DNA of 64,000 nucleotides from Candidatus Cloacimonadales bacterium (GTDB lineage Bacteria; Cloacimonadota; Cloacimonadia; Cloacimonadales; JAIOQZ01): NCBI GenBank assembly GCA_963665815.1, contig OY762463.1, positions 2,976,001 to 3,040,000 of the forward strand, read 5' to 3'. Shown piece by piece: positions 60,022 to 64,000 of this stretch (position 1 is its first letter; each line of letters starts with the position of its first letter). The notes under the pieces were generated by a model. It saw only the letters and a program-made list of their open reading frames with translations, ran no database searches and was not told where the DNA came from. The position numbers and the translations under genes were made by a program.

Positions 60022-61425
60022 TCAGAACCAGTTTCCTCCAAGTGCGCGATGCAGTTGGGTTTCAGCAGAAATTAAACTCTGGAAAGCACTGTTCATGGCT
60101 GAAACGCTATTCAGGAATGCTGTCTCTGAATCCTGCCAGTCGATGTAGGATAATAATCCGCTTTTATATTTCTCAGTATTGATTTTGTGTACACTTTCAG
60201 CAGAATTTTTATTTTCAAGAGAAAGTCTGTAACTTTCCTTTGCAACCATCAATGTTTTTAATGCGTTTTCTACATCTGAAAAAGCATTCAAAACAGTTTT
60301 CTTATAGGAGATTACTGCCTGTTCATACTGCTTTTTCTTTGATTTGTAATTATAAGTTTTTGCTCCACCAGTGAAGACTGCCTGAGACACTTCTCCTGAA
60401 AGAGTTCTTCTCATGCTGGTTTCTTCAAACAAATCATCAAAATCCATTGAGGCAAAGTTCCAGACAGCAGAAATTGATATTGACGGAAATAGGTCAGCAA
60501 ATGCTGCACCGGCAGATTGCCTTGCAGATTCCATTGAATGCTCAGCACTTACAATATCCCCTCTCTGTTTAAGCAGCTCAGATGGAATAATTTCAGGAAT
60601 ATCTATTATCCCAGAGTGTTTCATCTGTTCAGTATTGGTGGGATATGCAAATTTTTCAGGATATTCACCAAGCAGAACAGCAAGCTGATTTTTCAGATTA
60701 TTCAGTGCGTTTTCCTTACCTGAAAGCATCATTCTGGTGTTGTTATAACCTTGTTTAACTGTTTCAAAGGCTGCTTTTGGTATAATACCTTTTTTGTATT
60801 TCTTTTCAGTGATATTCAGTCTATGCTGTATCTGCTGTAGTTTTCTTTCTGCAATTCTCACTTCATCTGCCTGATATATAATGTTATAATGAAGAACAAC
60901 TGTCTGTACTATCAACCCATTATAAATAGTCTGCAGGTCAGCCTTTGAAGCTTTGTAGGCTTCCTTTACGGCAAGATGATTCGCTCTTACTTTTCCCCAT
61001 ATATCCAGTTCATACTTCAAGGCCAAGCCTGCGGAATAATTTGTAGCTGTAGAGTCTTTTGTTCCCCCCATTGGTAATGGAATCTTTTTGTCTGTTTCGG
61101 AATATCCTCCGGAGACAGCAGCTGAGGGTAATCTGCTGCCGCGTGCTGATTTATGCTGAGACTCCAGCATATTCAGTCTGGATAAAGCCAATTTCAGGTC
61201 CAGATTATTCTCGAGCATCATATCAATTGACTCATTAAGCTGAGGATCATTATATTTTTTCCACCATTCTTTGACAATGAGGCTATCTCTATCAATCATT
61301 ACTGATCCTGCATTATCAAAACTTTCAGGAATTTTACTATCATTTAGAGGCTTTTGTTTGAGAGGAACAAACGAACATGATACAGTAAATAACAGACTTA
61401 TTACTATTATGCTTAAGTTTTTCAT
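60022..61425 (-). CDS. TolC/OprM-family outer-membrane efflux lipoprotein
   Basis: Lipobox TVSC; WWKKYNDPQL, YELDIWG, PSELLKQRGDI, FPSIS and LHRALGGNW motifs. Confidence 0.92.
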   Translation of the reverse strand: MKNLSIIVISLLFTVSCSFVPLKQKPLNDSKIPESFDNAGSVMIDRDSLIVKEWWKKYNDPQLNESIDMMLENNLDLKLALSRLNMLESQHKSARGSRLPSAAVSGGYSETDKKIPLPMGGTKDSTATNYSAGLALKYELDIWGKVRANHLAVKEAYKASKADLQTIYNGLIVQTVVLHYNIIYQADEVRIAERKLQQIQHRLNITEKKYKKGIIPKAAFETVKQGYNNTRMMLSGKENALNNLKNQLAVLLGEYPEKFAYPTNTEQMKHSGIIDIPEIIPSELLKQRGDIVSAEHSMESARQSAGAAFADLFPSISISAVWNFASMDFDDLFEETSMRRTLSGEVSQAVFTGGAKTYNYKSKKKQYEQAVISYKKTVLNAFSDVENALKTLMVAKESYRLSLENKNSAESVHKINTEKYKSGLLSYIDWQDSETAFLNSVSAMNSAFQSLISAETQLHRALGGNWF

Positions 61426-64000
61426 TATACTTCCTCCTCTCTGATTTCCTTGTTGCCAAAGACTTTGTGAATATCATCCATGATCAGAATACTGGAAGGT
61501 ACAAAAATCAATGTAATTGCTGTTGCGAAAACAATTCCGAATCCAAGACTTATTGCCATTGGTATCAGGAATCTTGCCTGCATGCTGGTTTCAACAATCA
61601 TCGGCATGAGTCCGAGGAATGTTGTAAGGGAAGTCAGGAGGATTGGTCTGAATCTCCTTTGAGCTGCCGAGATTACAGCATCCCACATTGTAAATCCGTT
61701 TTCACGGTATTGTATGTTCACGAAGTCAACAAGAACAAGAGAGTCATTAACAACAACTCCTGACAGAGCTACTATTCCCAATGCACTGATAAAGGAAAGC
61801 TGATACCCCATTATGATATGTCCGAGAACAGCGCCCACAATTCCAAACGGGATAGCAGTCATAACAATAAAAGGTTGAGAATATGATTTAAACGGGATTG
61901 CCAGTAACATGTAGATAATGAATACAGCTACGATAAACCCTTTCCCAAGGGAAGCCATAGAACGTTTTTGCTCTTTCTGAGCTCCACCTTTGGTAATTCT
62001 TACATCTCTGTATTTTTCATTCAGACCTTTTTTGATTCTTTTTACAAGATCTCTGTTTATTTCATTAGGGTTAGCTCTAATTTCATCTACGTCTGCAGTA
62101 ATAGATATTATTCTGGCTCTATCAAGACGGTTTATAGATGAATATCCTCTACCATAATTAACTTCTGCAATATCTGAGAATGGTACATTTTCACCGGAGG
62201 GAGTTCGGATCAGCATTGCTTCTATATCACCAAGTGAATTTCTTTCTTCTACAGGGTATCTTACAACAACAGATACTTCGTCTCGACCGCGTTGTATTTT
62301 CATTACTTCATCACCATAAAAAGCCTGTCTCACCTGCATCGCCAAACTGGAAACGGTCATTCCCAGAGTTCTGGCGCTGTCCTTCAGCTTGAATTTCAGC
62401 TCGTACTTACCTTCTTCAAGATCATCCTTAATGTCTTTTACTCCATCATACTCTGCTATAATAGATTTGACCCAGTTTACAGCACTGTTCAATTCATTGG
62501 AATCAGAAGAGGATAACTGCATTTCAATGTCATTTCCCGCAGACATGATAGAACTCTGATACTCAAGAGATTTTATTCCGGGTATGTCACCTGCTATTTC
62601 ACGCCAGCGATTCATAACCTCGGATGTTGCAAAATCTCTGAATTCAGGATCAACCAGCTCAATATTGATTTCTGCTACAGAAGGATTTATTGTGCTTCCT
62701 CCAGATCTGTGCGGTCCTCTTCTTACTCCCGGCTGCTGACCGATTATGGAGTAAACATGTTCGTATACTTTGCCGTTTTCACTGCGAGAAACAAAATCTT
62801 CCTTTGCATCATCCGCAGCAGATTCAAGTTGCTTTATCACTTCAAGAGTTCTTTCATAAGGTGTTCCTACAGGCATTTCTAATCGTGCAAACATATTGTC
62901 ACCTTCTACAGATGGCATGAAGTTAAATTTAATATAACCACCAGCAAACATACCTATACTGAAAAGAAGAATAAATATACTAGCTGCTACAGTTATGTAT
63001 CTGTTCCTTAAGCACTTTTCAAGAAAACTCGCAAATGGTCCTGTAATGAACCTGCCCAGATACGAGTCAACTGTCATGCTGATTTTTCCGAATAATCTAA
63101 CTACGGAATTAACTTTGGATTCAGGTTTCAAGTGAGAAAGGTGAGTAGGTAGAATAAACAGTGATTCATAAAGTGAAAATAACAGAACTGGTACAACTAC
63201 AACGGGAACGTTAGACATCATCTGTCCCATTCTTCCTTCCACAAAAGCCAGAGGAGCAAATGCTGCCACAGTGGTAAGCACAGCGTAAACAACTGGAGTT
63301 GCTACTTTGAAGGTACCTATTTTAGATGATTTCACCGATTCATAATTCTTTGTTCTGTATGTCATAATGTTCTCAGAGACGACTATTGCATCATCTACAA
63401 CAATACCAAGCACAGTAATGAAAGCAAAGAGAGAAACCATGTTGATAGAAACTCCCAGGAGATTCATTGTTGTGAATCCTCCCATAAACGATATAATGAT
63501 TCCCATACTAACCCAGAAAGCAAGTCGTACATCAAGAAAAAATGTTAATGATATTACAACCAGAATAAGTCCTAACACTGCATTTTTCGAGAGTAGTTTC
63601 ATTCTTTGCTTAAGAAGTTCGGAGTCATCCTGCCAGTAAGATATTTTTACACCTTTCGGCATGGATTTCTCGTTTTCCTTAATGTATTTCTTCACTGCGT
63701 CAGCAACATCCAGAGCACCTTCATCACCTGTTCTGTAAACAGTAATAAGTTTTGTCGGCATTGAATCAAACTGAGAATATAACTCCGAGTCCTCGAAGCC
63801 GTCTTTGACTACAGCAATATCTTTTACTCTTACATGATTCCCATTAGGTGATGTTTTAACTATAATATCTTCATAGTCCGATCTGGAAAGTCCGAGGGCT
63901 TTAGTTCTCAGGAGAATATCTCCATCTACTGTTTCGAGTTTACCTCCCGGGAGATCAAGACTGGAAGCTTTTACGGCAGAGGAAATCTGAGCGATTGTAA
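61425..64000 (-). CDS. RND efflux permease (AcrB/AcrD/AcrF family), 5'-truncated by the window
   Basis: LGIVVDDAIVVSEN, GVVVNDSLVL and RRFRPILLTSLTT motifs; frame stays open upstream of 63761 (DGFEDSELYSQFDS) to the window edge. Confidence 0.93.
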   Translation of the reverse strand, partial: TIAQISSAVKASSLDLPGGKLETVDGDILLRTKALGLSRSDYEDIIVKTSPNGNHVRVKDIAVVKDGFEDSELYSQFDSMPTKLITVYRTGDEGALDVADAVKKYIKENEKSMPKGVKISYWQDDSELLKQRMKLLSKNAVLGLILVVISLTFFLDVRLAFWVSMGIIISFMGGFTTMNLLGVSINMVSLFAFITVLGIVVDDAIVVSENIMTYRTKNYESVKSSKIGTFKVATPVVYAVLTTVAAFAPLAFVEGRMGQMMSNVPVVVVPVLLFSLYESLFILPTHLSHLKPESKVNSVVRLFGKISMTVDSYLGRFITGPFASFLEKCLRNRYITVAASIFILLFSIGMFAGGYIKFNFMPSVEGDNMFARLEMPVGTPYERTLEVIKQLESAADDAKEDFVSRSENGKVYEHVYSIIGQQPGVRRGPHRSGGSTINPSVAEINIELVDPEFRDFATSEVMNRWREIAGDIPGIKSLEYQSSIMSAGNDIEMQLSSSDSNELNSAVNWVKSIIAEYDGVKDIKDDLEEGKYELKFKLKDSARTLGMTVSSLAMQVRQAFYGDEVMKIQRGRDEVSVVVRYPVEERNSLGDIEAMLIRTPSGENVPFSDIAEVNYGRGYSSINRLDRARIISITADVDEIRANPNEINRDLVKRIKKGLNEKYRDVRITKGGAQKEQKRSMASLGKGFIVAVFIIYMLLAIPFKSYSQPFIVMTAIPFGIVGAVLGHIIMGYQLSFISALGIVALSGVVVNDSLVLVDFVNIQYRENGFTMWDAVISAAQRRFRPILLTSLTTFLGLMPMIVETSMQARFLIPMAISLGFGIVFATAITLIFVPSSILIMDDIHKVFGNKEIREEEV

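Overview
AT-rich bacterial chromosome segment. The many secreted proteins ending in a FlgD-Ig/T9SS-type C-terminal domain (NYPNPFNP...GVYFY...K), a PorV/UPF0164-like protein and a C25 gingipain-like giant point to an FCB-group anaerobe, most likely Cloacimonadota (inference). Housekeeping genes: engB, queD, mtnA, ftsB-like, PPi-type pfk, ygeY-like, comEC, dxr, uvrD/pcrA, an RNase Z-like MBL, wecA-like, tyrS, tRNA-Thr(CGT), and a partial RND pump with a TolC-family protein. Mobile and repeat content: a decayed IS256 at the left edge, three copies plus one lone end of a 150-185 bp IS5-like MITE with 5-bp target duplications, and several mosaic REP-type palindrome clusters. An accessory block between tyrS and tRNA-Thr (about 40.4-54.2 kb) holds the two best leads. 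One is a Zn-ribbon/wHTH/Schlafen(AlbA_2) gene tightly coupled to an intact rtcB RNA ligase, a candidate RNA cut-and-repair or defence module. The other is a TPR-sigma54 activator followed by a correctly spaced -24/-12 promoter with candidate enhancer repeats, upstream of a secreted CTD protein. All calls were made by eye from sequence motifs; no database searches were run.
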